From Chiloscyllium plagiosum (taxonomy: Eukaryota): DNA of 64,000 bases. The notes under the pieces are model-generated. The model was not told where the DNA came from. It saw only the letters and a program-made list of their open reading frames with translations, and made no database searches. Both the position numbers and the translations under genes were made by a program. This document shows, piece after piece, positions 52,216 to 64,000 of this stretch. Where the stretch lies: contig NC_057719.1 of the NCBI RefSeq assembly GCF_004010195.1, positions 37,500,704 to 37,564,703 on the forward strand. The letters run 5' to 3'. Each line of letters begins with the position of its first letter. Position 1 is the first letter of the stretch.

Positions 52216-53959
52216 CTACTAAAATTGTTGTTTCCAATAAAATATTCAAGTTGATGTCTGTGGAACATTCTATTCAGGATGAGTTCCTGGACCATGATTG
52301 CTGCCTTATGTTTGCTCTCATCAGGAGCCCTCTAGTGTTCAATTATCACCTTTCAAATATGACACACCATTTTCCTGCCTCAGAATTTCAAAGAACCATA
52401 ATCATCTTCAATAAGCCTAATAAACAGCTAAAAAACACCAAGCAAAGTAACAACATCAAGAACCATAAATCCAAACAAATTTATCAGTGTTCTTCACAAT
52501 GAAGGATATAGTTGAGCAATTTCGACAATGGGGAGTTGAGACTAATAACAGGAGCAGGAAACCGTTCCTTCAGATTTTCTCAGATTCAGTTCAATGCCAT
52601 CAGCTGAATTTTCTCCAAAGATCATCTGGAGAAATCACACCTAAAGAACCAATAACATTCTAAGGTATGGTTGCCTTGAATATGAAAAAAATATGAAAAA
52701 CCAAATGAAGTGAAGTTTCTGATGAGTTTCAACAGCTTCAAGTCGAATAGCTATTACGGGTGGAACATATTCAATGTCTACATTTTCCCAAAGGGAGCAG
52801 GTTGATGTGTTCCTTAAATTGATTTTTTACAATGTCCCCACAATAAATCATCCATTAAAACTAAAAGCATAACTGCTCCAGTCATTCACTCAGTAACATG
52901 AACACTCTGTTTCCACATTCCCAAGAAAAGGGTGATATGACCGGTTTTCACCCTGGAACTTAATAATGGTAGATTGTTGAACTGCTCAGCCCGTTCAGTC
53001 AAACTGTTCAAGTTATACAAAAGTTCGCCATAGTACCCTCGCCAAAATCTATCCTTCAACCACTAAAACCAATTATTCATTCGTTGTCACTTTGCAGTTT
53101 CTGGGATCTTGCTGTGTGTCAAATTGACTGCTGTGTTTCCTTGCTTTGGAATCACTTCAAAATGTACTTATAAAGTTCTCTGGGATGTCCTAAGATTCTA
53201 TAAAATTTCAAGTCTTTCTTTTTAGGTACCATATGATATGTAATTCGCCCCTCCTAACCATCTTTGGGCCACATCACTCAATGCCTACACTTAAACATCC
53301 ATTGATCCTAATCTTGAAATTTCAGTTGACCTGGTATCCATGGACATTTGTAGAAAAGAGTTCCAGATTACTCAAGGTAAAGTTACCATTATCTTACCAA
53401 ACTGTAGGAGTACTTTCTCATTAAAGAGAGACATCTGCTGGTGGTTTAACCTGAGAGTCACCACACTTCAGAATAGGAGAAAGTTGGAGAAGGAGAGTCC
53501 TTCATGGTAACCTCAGCCTGTGAGAGAACTCAGTCCATGCTGTTGGTGTCACCCTATGGAATCTAGCCAACTGAGCTAAGACTTCCCGATTTCATTCTTA
53601 AAATAATCCAGCTATAATTTTATGATTATACACCCTTGCTCCAATTTTCCCCACAGATGAAATAGTTTTTCTGTCAACCCAATGTAACCCCTTTGATATT
53701 TTAAACACAGGCTAGATTCTTCAAAACTTGAGTGAAAATAAATCAAGTTTAACCAATCTGTATTTGTACTCTAAACCTCGGTATCATTCTGGTGTATCTG
53801 TACGTTTGCCCTTCCAAGATCGGTCTTCCTCTCTTGAGCTTCAGTGCCAACTTGCTGAGGTCTGACCAAGATCCCATATGACTGAAACATAACACTGTTC
53901 TCTATCATTTAAGTGATTTTCTAAAGTATATCTACTCTAATCAAGGATCCTCCAGTGTT

Positions 53960-54473
53960 TTATTACAAATAAAATTGGCTTGAAAGTAGGAGATAGACAG
54001 TGGTGGTGGAGAGTTGTTGTTTTGGACTGGAGGCCTGTGACCAGCAATAAGCTGCAAGGACCAGTGCCTGGATCCATTGCTTGTTGTCATTTATGTAAAT
54101 GATTTGGATGGGAATATGGGAGGAATGGTTAGTAAGTTTGCAGACGACATCAAAATTGGTGGTGTAGTGGACAGCGAAGACGACTTTCTCAGAGTACAAA
54201 GGGCCTATAGGCCAAGGAGTGGTAGATGGAGTTTAATTTAGAGGTGTTGCTTTTTGGAAAAGCAAATCAGAGTTGGACTTATACATTTTATGGCAGGGTC
54301 CTGGGGAGTGTTGCCAAACAAAGAGACCTTGGGGTTTAGGTTCATACTTCCTTGAAGGTGGCGTCATAGGTAGACAGGTTAGTGAAGGCATTTGCTACAC
54401 TTGCCTTTATTGGTCAGTGCATTGTGTATAGGAGTTGGGATGTCATGTTGCAGCCGTACAGGGCAGTGGTAAG
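53960..54473 (+). mobile_element. CR1 RT fragment
   Basis: AGTAAGTTTGCAGACGACATCAAAATTGGTGG = SKFADDIKIG. Confidence 0.9.
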
Positions 54474-54866
54474 TATAAGTCCTGCTAAGATTTCCTTTCC
54501 CAAAATGCAGCACCTCTCATTTATCTGAATTAAATTCCATCTGCCACTTCTCATCCCATTGGCCGATCTGGTCAAGATCCTGTTGTAATCTGAGGTAACC
54601 CTCTTCGCTGTCCATTACACCTCCAATTTTGGTGCAAACTTACGAACGATACCTCTTATGCTCGCATCCAAATCATTTATATAAATTATGAAAAGTAGTG
54701 GTCCCAGCACCGAACCTTGTGGCACACCACTGGTCACAGGCCTCCAGTCTGAAAAACAACCCTCCACCACCACCCTCGGTTATCTACCTTTGAGCCAGTT
54801 CTGTAGCCAAATGGCTAGCTCCCCCTGTATTCATTGAGATCCAACCTTGCTAACTAGTCTCCCATT
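54474..54866 (-). mobile_element. CR1 RT fragment, inverted relative to its neighbour
   Basis: Reverse complement of the same RT segment ([14 protein letters not shown] to LHFGKGNLSRTY). Confidence 0.9.
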
Positions 54867-55149
54867 AAATCTGGAGGATATCCCCCAATGTGCCCAGCAG
54901 CTCAGCCAGCCAGGGAGGCACGAGTGAGTATAGCCAGCCGCCCCGGACAGGGGATTACATCACAGCCCAAGAACCTGTCAAAAGCAGCACTAGGGCCTGT
55001 GAATCCTGTAAAGCCATGAAAATCTGTTATTGCTGCAACTGTGTAGTGTTTCTCACAGAATTGTTTTAGCACAGGAAACCACGTGACTATTATTTCTGCA
55101 CTGGCTCTGCAAAGGATTATTTCAGTACAGCCATTCTCTGAGCATTTCC

Positions 55150-55700
55150 TATTAACCCTGCACATTCATCCTTTTCTGTAAACATTCTCATTTTTTTTTT
55201 GATAATTCAATTAACGCTGCAGTTTTAGGTAATGCTTTCCAGATCTTAAATACTGGCTGCTTGAAATATGTCAGTTTTGCTTCTTTCACCAATTGCCTTA
55301 ATATCTGTTTTCTTTCTTTCTTGATCCCTTCATGAAGTGGAACAGTTTCTCCCATTCTAAATTGCACAGACCCCTCAATTTTGCATACCTCTATCAAATC
55401 TCCTCTCAGCCTTGTCTTCTTCAAGAGAAAAGTTCCTAACTTCTCTAATCTATCTTCATAACAAAAGTTTGTCATTCCTGGAAACATTGTCATCAATCTT
55501 TTCTTCACCCTCTCCAATGCTTTCACATCCATCCTAAAGTATGGTGTTCAGAACTGGATGCAGTACCCCAGAAGAGGTTGACCCTTTTTCTCATTTACAT
55601 TAGACTCAATTTCGTTGCTGTTGTATTTTGTCGTCCTATTAATAAAACCGAGGATAATGCATATATTATTAACCACTTTTTCAACTGGTCCTATGACTTG
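55150..55700 (-). mobile_element. Decayed CR1 3' fragment
   Basis: Minus ORF DVKALERVKKRL..RLRGDLIEVCKI. Confidence 0.85.
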
Positions 55701-55734
55701 CAGTGATTATACAGAGACTAATAACTACCTGATG

Positions 55735-55866
55735 GTCCATAACTACCTGATGAAGGAGCAGCGCTCCGAAAGCTAGTACTTCCAAATAAACCTGTTGGAC
55801 TATAACCTGATATTGTGTGATTTTTAACTTTGTCCACCCCAGTCCAACACTGGCTCCTCTACATCA
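55735..55866 (+). mobile_element. PLE terminus (family B)
   Basis: Matches 43190-43280 and 27080-27143. Confidence 0.85.
55744..55778 (+). ncRNA. Minimal type I hammerhead ribozyme motif, apparently intact (CUA site)
   Basis: UAC-CUGAUGA-A-GGAGC-AGC-GCUCC-GAAA-GCUA-GUA; stem I UAC:GUA. Confidence 0.75.
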
Positions 55867-55891
55867 TATATTGGCAGCACTCAAAACTGAA

Positions 55892-56391
55892 NNNNNNNNN
55901 NNNNNNNNNNNNNNNNNNNNNNNNNNNNNNNNNNNNNNNNNNNNNNNNNNNNNNNNNNNNNNNNNNNNNNNNNNNNNNNNNNNNNNNNNNNNNNNNNNNN
56001 NNNNNNNNNNNNNNNNNNNNNNNNNNNNNNNNNNNNNNNNNNNNNNNNNNNNNNNNNNNNNNNNNNNNNNNNNNNNNNNNNNNNNNNNNNNNNNNNNNNN
56101 NNNNNNNNNNNNNNNNNNNNNNNNNNNNNNNNNNNNNNNNNNNNNNNNNNNNNNNNNNNNNNNNNNNNNNNNNNNNNNNNNNNNNNNNNNNNNNNNNNNN
56201 NNNNNNNNNNNNNNNNNNNNNNNNNNNNNNNNNNNNNNNNNNNNNNNNNNNNNNNNNNNNNNNNNNNNNNNNNNNNNNNNNNNNNNNNNNNNNNNNNNNN
56301 NNNNNNNNNNNNNNNNNNNNNNNNNNNNNNNNNNNNNNNNNNNNNNNNNNNNNNNNNNNNNNNNNNNNNNNNNNNNNNNNNNNNNNNNNNN
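55892..56391. other. Assembly gap
   Basis: Run of 500 N. Confidence 1.
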
Positions 56392-56394
56392 GAG

Positions 56395-56860
56395 AGAGTG
56401 CTTGTGGTGGTGCGTGGAATGTAGGGTGGGGTGCTGGTGGATAGAAACGAAGTTGGTCATTCAGACTAACTGATCAGATTGTGAGAATACCAGAACAATG
56501 GTGCATCTCCTACCAGACGTAAAAGGACAGACACTGGGATGGGGAACAAGGACATGATCACATGCAAAAAGAAAAGGAAGAAATGGTTCAGAGTTTGAAG
56601 GTGTTGAACTCAATGTTATGTTCAGAAGATTGTAAAGTGCCTAGTCTGAAGAGGAGATGTTGTTCCTCCAGTTTGCGCTGTGTCTTACTGGAACACCACA
56701 GCATACCAAGTACAGATATGTGGGCATGCGTGCAGGGCACGATGTTCAAATGACCAGCTACGGAAAGGATGGGGTTATGCTTGTGCACAGACTGGAGATG
56801 TTCTGCAAAGCGGTCACCCAGTCTGCGTTTGGTTTCTCCAGTGTAGAGTCGACCACTTGG
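56395..56860 (-). mobile_element. Penelope-like element GIY-YIG endonuclease C-terminus and 3' region
   Basis: ORF ..VAGHLN..HISVLGML..QRKLEEQHLLFRLGTLQSSEHNIEFN; upstream GETKRRLGDRFAEHL remnant. Confidence 0.85.
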
Positions 56861-58952
56861 CTTATCTTGACTGTAGTTGATGACATTCTGTTACACTGTA
56901 TTACGTGCCAGGCTTAAATCTTTGGAATTGTCAAGACAGAGAGAGCCTAAGGCCCACAGTGGAGAGCATGTCTATTAAAACTCAAAAGAAAGGAGAACTA
57001 GCGGTAGATCAGGCATTAACAACTAAATAAAAGGTATAACTTGGATCTCAGCTGAAAACATTAGAAGAAATAAAGGAGAGATCTGGGAGAGAATGAGTTA
57101 AAAGTAGATTGAGGACTACAATAAATTCATTTTCAATAGGAGGGTATTATGGGGAGAGGGGTATCAAGAATAGCAGAGTTACAGCATAAAAAGGAAGAAA
57201 GGTTCAAAGAACATTTGTTGTATTAAAAATGACGACTTGCGAGTAACATTTGATCAGTGAATGAGAGAGCCTTTGAATTTTCCCATCTGATCTTAAAAAA
57301 ACTAGGAAATACATAAGCATTATTTTTCTTCTGAAAATAGGCAATTTTTCTACTTCTGAACCATTAAAACTAAAGAATGGCATAGCTGAAAAATGCAGCA
57401 TTGCTTTGATCATATTATATTAGCTTCTCAGGTGAATAATATTATGAGACCCTTGCAAATGCCTCTTTATAGGGTAGATGTAAAGCAGTACCATTCTTCC
57501 TGGGTTTGGGGGAGTTACAATCTAGATGCCAAAATTTAGGACAGCAATTATCACATCCAGTTAAGAATTCAAGAGATTTTGTTTTACCAGAGACAGTGGT
57601 TAGACCATCAGGTTGCTACCACATGGAGTAGTTGGGATAAATAGTACAAATGCCTTTAAGGGGAAACAAGATAAGTACAAGGGAGAAACAGTCGAGGATT
57701 TGTAGATAATGTTAACTGAAGTAGAATGTGATGAAGCTGGTGTGGTGCAAAAATATTATCACAGGTACATTGGGTGGACCATTTCCTGGAAAATAAAATT
57801 CTATGAGCTGAAATTTATGGGTCACCCTAGTTCCATCGCTGCCTCTCCAACAGCCCTCCTCTCACTTCATCTGAATCTTTGGGAGCCCGGCCCATGATCC
57901 TATTGGTGGCCTTGTTGATATTTAATGCTGAGAGCAGCGTATGGGGTTGGAAATGGGACTTCATTCCCTCGGAAGGAGATCTCATCTCCAAGAGCTGCCA
58001 ACCAATGGCATGCCAGCTTCTGTAGTCCCAAAAGTGGAACAAGAGCAGTGGGCACTACCACCCCAACCAGAAGATGTAACATTATACAGTACTGGAGGAA
58101 ACGTGGCAAGCAGCAATGGTGCAGTTCGAGTTGAATGATTTTCTCATAGTTACTTACTGCTGTAGAGCAAGGAATGATATATATAAAATGAAACATTTGG
58201 GTTCAGATATCATTGGTTAATGATGTCTTCTGAATCCCTTGATGTCTTACTTTATTGTAGCAGTTGGCAGAAAGTCACTTGGAAAGGATAAAACATGAAG
58301 CTTTCTAAAATGTAGACGCAAATTCCCCTTATCCAGAGCTTCCTCAGCAGTAAAACTGCCCTGTTGCTTCAATTGAGCACTAAATAGATTTTTAGACAAT
58401 GTTCTGTGGATAGAAAGGTTAGCACACAAGTCTGTGTCAGCCTGAGAATAAGATGCATTTTCATTGCCAAATGTATGCATTTTTCTCGGAGGAGAAATGA
58501 GTACAAGTATTATGCAGAAGGTCAGAAGGAACCACCTCCATCAGTCAGAACACACTTGTGCATTGAGTGTGTCCACAAAAATATGTGGGGAGTTAAGATT
58601 TCCAAAGACTTCCTTTTGTTCATTGTATTATGCCAAAAATAAGAAGAGCACCAAGAAAAATTACCTCTACACTTAAGACAAAGTTCATTCCTATTTCGTG
58701 AATGGTTCATATTTACATGAGTAACTAACACTGTGGCTAGCCAAGCTGACACTCAATAGATTTCCTCCATAAATCACAAAATAGTCAATTGTTGGCATTG
58801 AAATAAAATACCAAAGCATCCACTTTAGTTGTTAAGGCTGGATGGAAGATATTTCATGGTTAAGACTGCGTCGTTCATCTCATTCACTGGGAAAGTACAC
58901 CTTAGAAATTTGACAGTTGGTTAAAACAATTCTCATTTGGTGTATCAATATT

Positions 58953-59263
58953 GATTAGATTAGATTACTTACAGTGTGGAAACAGGCCCTTCGGCCCAAC
59001 AAGTTCACACCGACCTGCCGAAAAGCAACCCACTCAGACCCATTCCCCTACATTTACCCCTTCACCTATCACTACGGGCAATTTAGCATGGCCAATTCAC
59101 CTGACCTGCACATTTTTGGACTGTGGGAGGAAACCAGAGCACCCGGAGGAAACCCACGCAGACACAGGGAGAATGTACAAACTCCACACAGACAGTCACC
59201 CAAGGCTGGAATCAAACCCAGGTCTCTGGTGCTGTGAGGCAGCAGTGCTAACCATTGTGCCGC
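58953..59263 (-). mobile_element. HE1/V-SINE-like SINE
   Basis: Close reverse-complement match to 22284-22593, with (AATCT)n tail. Confidence 0.93.
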
Positions 59264-60064
59264 TCAAACTAGTCAAGGAAGAATTGTCCGTGTATCATCT
59301 CAGTTATTAGATACAATCTGTTGAAGGATCGCTATAATTTTTCTCTTTCCTTCACAGTCCTACTATCAAATAGGTCACATGACCCTCAATGTTTACACTT
59401 CAGGTCCATTCCATGAGCCCACACAGGCAAGTGCAGCATCTCCTGATCAGCCACATGCAACTGTACTAAGCCAGTGACCAATGTCCCCTTTGGGATGGTC
59501 AAGCGACACATTAATTTCAGAATCGATGTGGACAGTGAGACTGAGAGAGCCAGAAACTTCAGTGCCGTGGCTCAACTTTCCTGTGTCGGTGATCTCAGAC
59601 AGGTGTGGCCATCAGGACTCCCCCAGACCAGCTATTGACTCATTAAACACAAGGCATACAATTCCCTCAATATGCCACCAATGGAACCTATAGGTCTTTG
59701 TGTTATTTATTTAGGGACAGCCACAGCACTCTTTGGTGCCACAGTGTTTCATCCTCACACTCCCACCAGCACCAGAACTCTCCTAATGACCAATATTCAT
59801 CAGAAATAATCACCCACTGTAACATGGCTGATGGCACCAGTAAAGAAACTAAGTCTCAGGAAACTGACTATAATGCAAGCCACGCTAAGCAGACATCAGC
59901 GTCCAGAAACTAAGATCCAGATACCTGAAGTTTGTGCAACTTAAATGCCCCAGCAACAGCCTCCCAGATTGTGGATGGCTTGTTGTCCTTTACAGAAGCT
60001 GGCACTGCTAAGAAGAGATGCCCTGATTGTGGCAGACATGGTGGAGAACAAGGCTTCCTCATAC

Positions 60065-61380
60065 AAAGGATGGGATCTATCCTAGGATCCTCTGGGAAGC
60101 AAGGGAAGAGATTACCGAGCCTTTGGCATTGATCTTCAAATCATCATTGTCTACAGGAATAGTGCCTGAGGACTGGAGGATAGCAAATGTGGTTCATTTG
60201 TTCAAAAAGGGTAGTAGAGACAACCCTGGTAATTACAGACCAGTGAGTCTCACTTCAATTGCTGGTAAAGTGTTGGAAAAGGATATAAGAGATGGTTATA
60301 AATCCTATCGAGAAAAGAATAATCTGATCAGGGACAGTCAGCACGGTTTTGTGAAGGGTAGGTCGTGCTAACGAATCTTATTGAGTTTTTTGACAAAGTG
60401 ACCAAACAGGTTGATGAGAGTAAACCGGTTGATGTGGTGTATACGGATTTCAGCAAGGCATTTGATAAGGTTTCCCACAGTAGGCTGCATTCAATAAGGT
60501 TCCCCACAGTAGGCTATTATACAAAATGTGGAGGAATGGGATTGTGGGAGACATAGCAGTTTGGATCAGTAATTGGTTTTCTGAAAGAAAACAGAGGGTT
60601 GAAGTTGGTGGAACATGTTCATCTTGGTGTCCAGTTACTAGCGGCATACTGCAAGGGTCGGTGTTGGGTCCACTGCTGTTCGTCATTTTTATAAATGACC
60701 TGGATGAGGGCTTAGAAGGGTGGGTTAGTAAATTTGCGGACGACACTAAGGCCGATGGAGTTGTGGATAGTGACGAAGGATGTAGTAGGTTGCAGAGAGA
60801 CATAGATAGGATGCAGAGCTGGGCTGAGAGGTGGCAAATGGAGTTTAATGTGGACANNNNNNNNNNNNNNNNNNNNNNNNNNNNNNNNNNNNNNNNNNNN
60901 NNNNNNNNNNNNNNNNNNNNNNNNNNNNNNNNNNNNNNNNNNNNNNNNNNNNNNNNNNNNNNNNNNNNNNNNNNNNNNNNNNNNNNNNNNNNNNNNNNNN
61001 NNNNNNNNNNNNNNNNNNNNNNNNNNNNNNNNNNNNNNNNNNNNNNNNNNNNNNNNNNNNNNNNNNNNNNNNNNNNNNNNNNNNNNNNNNNNNNNNNNNN
61101 NNNNNNNNNNNNNNNNNNNNCACAACTTTAAAGTGAGGGGAGATAGGTATAAGACAGATGTCAGAGGTAGTTTCTTTACTTAGAGAGTAGTAAGGGTATG
61201 GAATGCTTTGCCTGCAATGGTAGTAGATTCGCCAAGTTTAAGTGCATTTAAGTCGTCATTGGACAGGCATATGGATGTACATGGAATAGTGTAGGTGGGA
61301 TGGGCTTCAGGTTAGTATGACAGGGCGGCGCAACAGAGGGCCAAAGGGCCTGTAGTGCATTGTAATGTTCTATGTTCTAT
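60065..61380 (+). mobile_element. CR1 ORF2 RT to 3' end spanning an assembly gap
   Basis: [62 protein letters not shown] tail. Confidence 0.95.
60857..61120. other. Assembly gap
   Basis: Run of N. Confidence 1.
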
Positions 61381-61879
61381 AAGTGCAACATGTTGACATC
61401 CTCCAGCACCAAATGGACAGCTCAGAAATCTAGGCACCAGGGAAGCTTTCATGCTGAGGCATTGCACTTTAATGTCCTTTAACGATTCACATTCAAGGCT
61501 CACTGCAGCTCTCCTGCTGAAAGCCTGGACCCACCCACCCCTTGTACTTTTACAATGGCCCATCTGAGAAAATGGCAAGTGGTAGTGTCTCTCGGCCAAT
61601 AATCCACAGGCCCTGGCTAATGCTCTGGGAATATGGGTTCAAATCCCATCGCAGTATGTGATGTCATTGTAATGTAATAAATCTGGAATTAAAACAAGTC
61701 TAATGGAACTGAAATTGTTGTCAAACACAAATACCCTTCGGGAAGGAAATTTGCTGTCCATACCTAGTCTAGCCTGTGTGTGACTCCAGACCCACAGTAA
61801 TGTGCTTAACACCCGCAAGGCCTCCGAGTGGGTGCAGTTTCATCCTGTTCTTTAGACTTTGATGTATTTTGGTGTAACT

Positions 61880-62290
61880 GAATGGGTTGCTAGATTCATT
61901 CAGTTACACCAAAATGCAACAAAGTCTAAAGAAGAGAATGAAACTGGACAGACACCCTGTATTGGTCTAGGTACCAGGAATTACAGCAGCAAAAATCAGC
62001 CCCTTTTACCCTGGCAAGACATTTTTCCTAACCTCTCGGGGCTAGTGGCAAAATTAGGAGAGCTGGCTCACAGACTTGTCAAACAACAGCCTGCCATAGT
62101 CATACACAGAGTTATACCTTACAGACAATGTCTCAGACGCTACCACCAGCATCATCATCACTAGGTATGTTCTATCGCATTGGCAAGGCAGAGTTGCCCT
62201 GGGAGTTTTCAGCATTGATCCCAGACTCCATGAAGTCTTGTATCTTCAGCTCAAACAGGGAGTAAGGAACTTCCTGTTGATTAGTCCACC
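61880..62290 (+). mobile_element. LINE 5' fragment (AP-endonuclease N-terminus)
   Basis: NLSGLVAKLGELAHRLVKQQPAIVI resembles the NxxGL..PDIVxxxE motif of LINE endonucleases. Confidence 0.65.
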
Positions 62291-62359
62291 CCCAAAACCA
62301 CTATCAGTACTGATCAAGCTGATTGGGTCCTGAAGGACATATCTTCTGTCTCGGGAGAG

Positions 62360-62695
62360 ATGATGGTCTAATGGTATTACCGCAAGACAATTAATCTGGA
62401 AACTCAGCTAGTGTTCCAGGGATCCAGGTTCAACTCCTGCCAAGGCAGATGGTGGAATTTGTATCTGATAGTCTGGAATTAAGGGTCTTACATAACCATG
62501 GAGACATTGCTGATTGTCATAAAAGCCCATCTGATTCACTAATGTCCATTAAGGAAGGAAATTGCCATCCTTACTTGGTCTGGCCTACATGGGACTCCAG
62601 ATCCACAGCGATAAGGATGACTCTTAACTGCCTTTGGGGCAATAAATATTGGCCCTGCCAGGGATGCTCACGCCTTGTGAGTGAGTAAATAAATA
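62360..62695 (+). mobile_element. tRNA-derived SINE with L2-like tail
   Basis: TGGTCTAATGG A box, GGTTCAACTCC B box, tail matching the LINE end at 7415. Confidence 0.78.
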
Positions 62696-63635
62696 AAACC
62701 GCTAGATAGGGTCTGCAGGGAACCAACAACTGGCAAATTCTCAAACTACTAATCAAGGGCAATTAGAGACAGGTAACAAATGCAGTCCACATAGTGGCTG
62801 GAGAAATGACAGGGAACATTTCCAGCCATTTCTGTTTTTTGTTCTTTGGTTTCCTTGATTAGAGAGAAGGTTGTTGCCAAGCAGCGTGGTGAGTTTCGCT
62901 AATCAATATCGAGTCACCAATTAAAGGGGATTATTGCTTGTTCAACATCTTAATAGCAGCTCAACTCACTTCAATAAATATTCAGCTTACTACCTGACAC
63001 TATATGAGCTTGGCGTTGAGAATTCTCAACATAAACGGCAGAACATTTTCTGTCCTACTACAATGTGCAGCAGGCTCCAAGATGGTGCTCCAGGTTGGAC
63101 ACTGGGCACCAACATCCTGGGTCACATTCCATGGGTATTAGCTACAAGCACCAATGTCCACAGGCACTGGCACTTGTCATGTACGAGCATCTAAAGTTCT
63201 TCATGGTGTAGGTCTGAACCATGTACAGGACGTATCTACTTCAATGCAGCACCTTTGGACTGTACTAGCAACTATCATTATCATTCTGCTGCAAGGACAC
63301 TGTGTAGTTAAGGACACCAACTCAGCACATGGGCTGGACCAGGCTACACCTCTATGCTCTTGGCTCGTTGCCACAGCGCGCGCTCACTCCAAATCTACTT
63401 TCCTTGCGTTGTCTTGCCTTGCCTTTCTAACTGTGCCCCCTCAGGCAGTGATACCAGTTCTTCTGTCTTACCATTTTAATTCCATTACAAAGGCAAGAAG
63501 CTTGTCTTCATTGTCAGCAGGTGTTAGTAAAGTCAGGAGAGCTGGCCTTTACTCAGGGAGCCTGGCAAACCAAGTCCAGAGCAGCCTCTGGTACCAGTCT
63601 AGCAGCTTAGAACTGGTCAGTTGGCTATTTAGAGT

Positions 63636-63750
63636 GGGAGAAAGTGAGGACTGCAGATGCTGGCGATCAGAGCTTAAAAATGTGCTGCTGGAAAAGCGCA
63701 GCAGGTCAGGCAGCATCCAAGGAGAAGGAGAATCGACGTTTCGGGCATAA
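63636..63750 (-). mobile_element. PLE terminus (family A) truncated inside the hammerhead
   Basis: Minus CTTATGCCCGAAACGTCGATTCTCC...CCTCACTTTCTCC; CUGANGA half is missing. Confidence 0.85.
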
Positions 63751-64000
63751 GTGGTGAGGGACAGCATCTGCTTCTCATAAATGAGTGAAGGGCTAAACAG
63801 TGGGCAGCACCACCTCTCAACTGGAGTCTTTCTGCCCTACTGAGTGCTGCTTTCATCCTGGAATGAGAGGGGCAGGAATTACAGGAGATGGGAGTGAGTG
63901 GCACAGCTGTTGGGCTGTCCCAAGCAACTGAGTAGACAGCACAGAGGGCACATAGGGTTAGTGGCATCAGGTTTGTGGTGGGTGAGAGTGAGACTGAGTA

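Noticed and set aside
60458..60515. ~29-bp tandem duplication inside CR1
   Set aside because: Ordinary slippage in a dead LINE
50689..61183. Long ORFs containing X runs
   Set aside because: Artefacts of translating N gaps inside or beside repeats
63154..63750. 198-aa plus-strand ORF
   Set aside because: No recognisable domain, non-ATG-like context for a gene, and it runs antisense into a PLE terminus; probably chance
1..64000. CRISPR arrays, rRNA, prokaryotic operons, known microRNAs
   Set aside because: None recognised; the sequence is vertebrate intronic or intergenic DNA

Overview
Repeat-dominated vertebrate DNA, most likely cartilaginous fish (shark). The inference rests on CR1/HER1-type LINE fragments, HE1/V-SINE-like tRNA SINEs, DeuSINE-like remnants, Rex1/Babar and Penelope-like (PLE) retroelements and solo LTRs. 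There are three assembly gaps. No complete protein-coding gene is present, and nearly all ORFs in the track are transposon fragments or chance frames. Two signals stand out. (1) About a dozen PLE termini carry a minimal type I hammerhead ribozyme core (CUGANGA-A-stem II-GAAA-palindromic stem III-NUH). Three look intact, stem I covaries between copies, and several sit in short fold-back insertions with 10-18 bp target duplications, including one perfect 87-bp-arm hairpin. (2) Consistently minus-strand exon-like segments with strong splice sites may be the 5' end of an unidentified gene: TATA/non-coding exon, a leader-like exon and a 24-nt microexon, with an NF-kB/AP-1 motif cluster in the putative first intron. 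Repeat family names come from recognition of translated motifs and sequence, not from a database search. Boundaries of decayed repeats are approximate.
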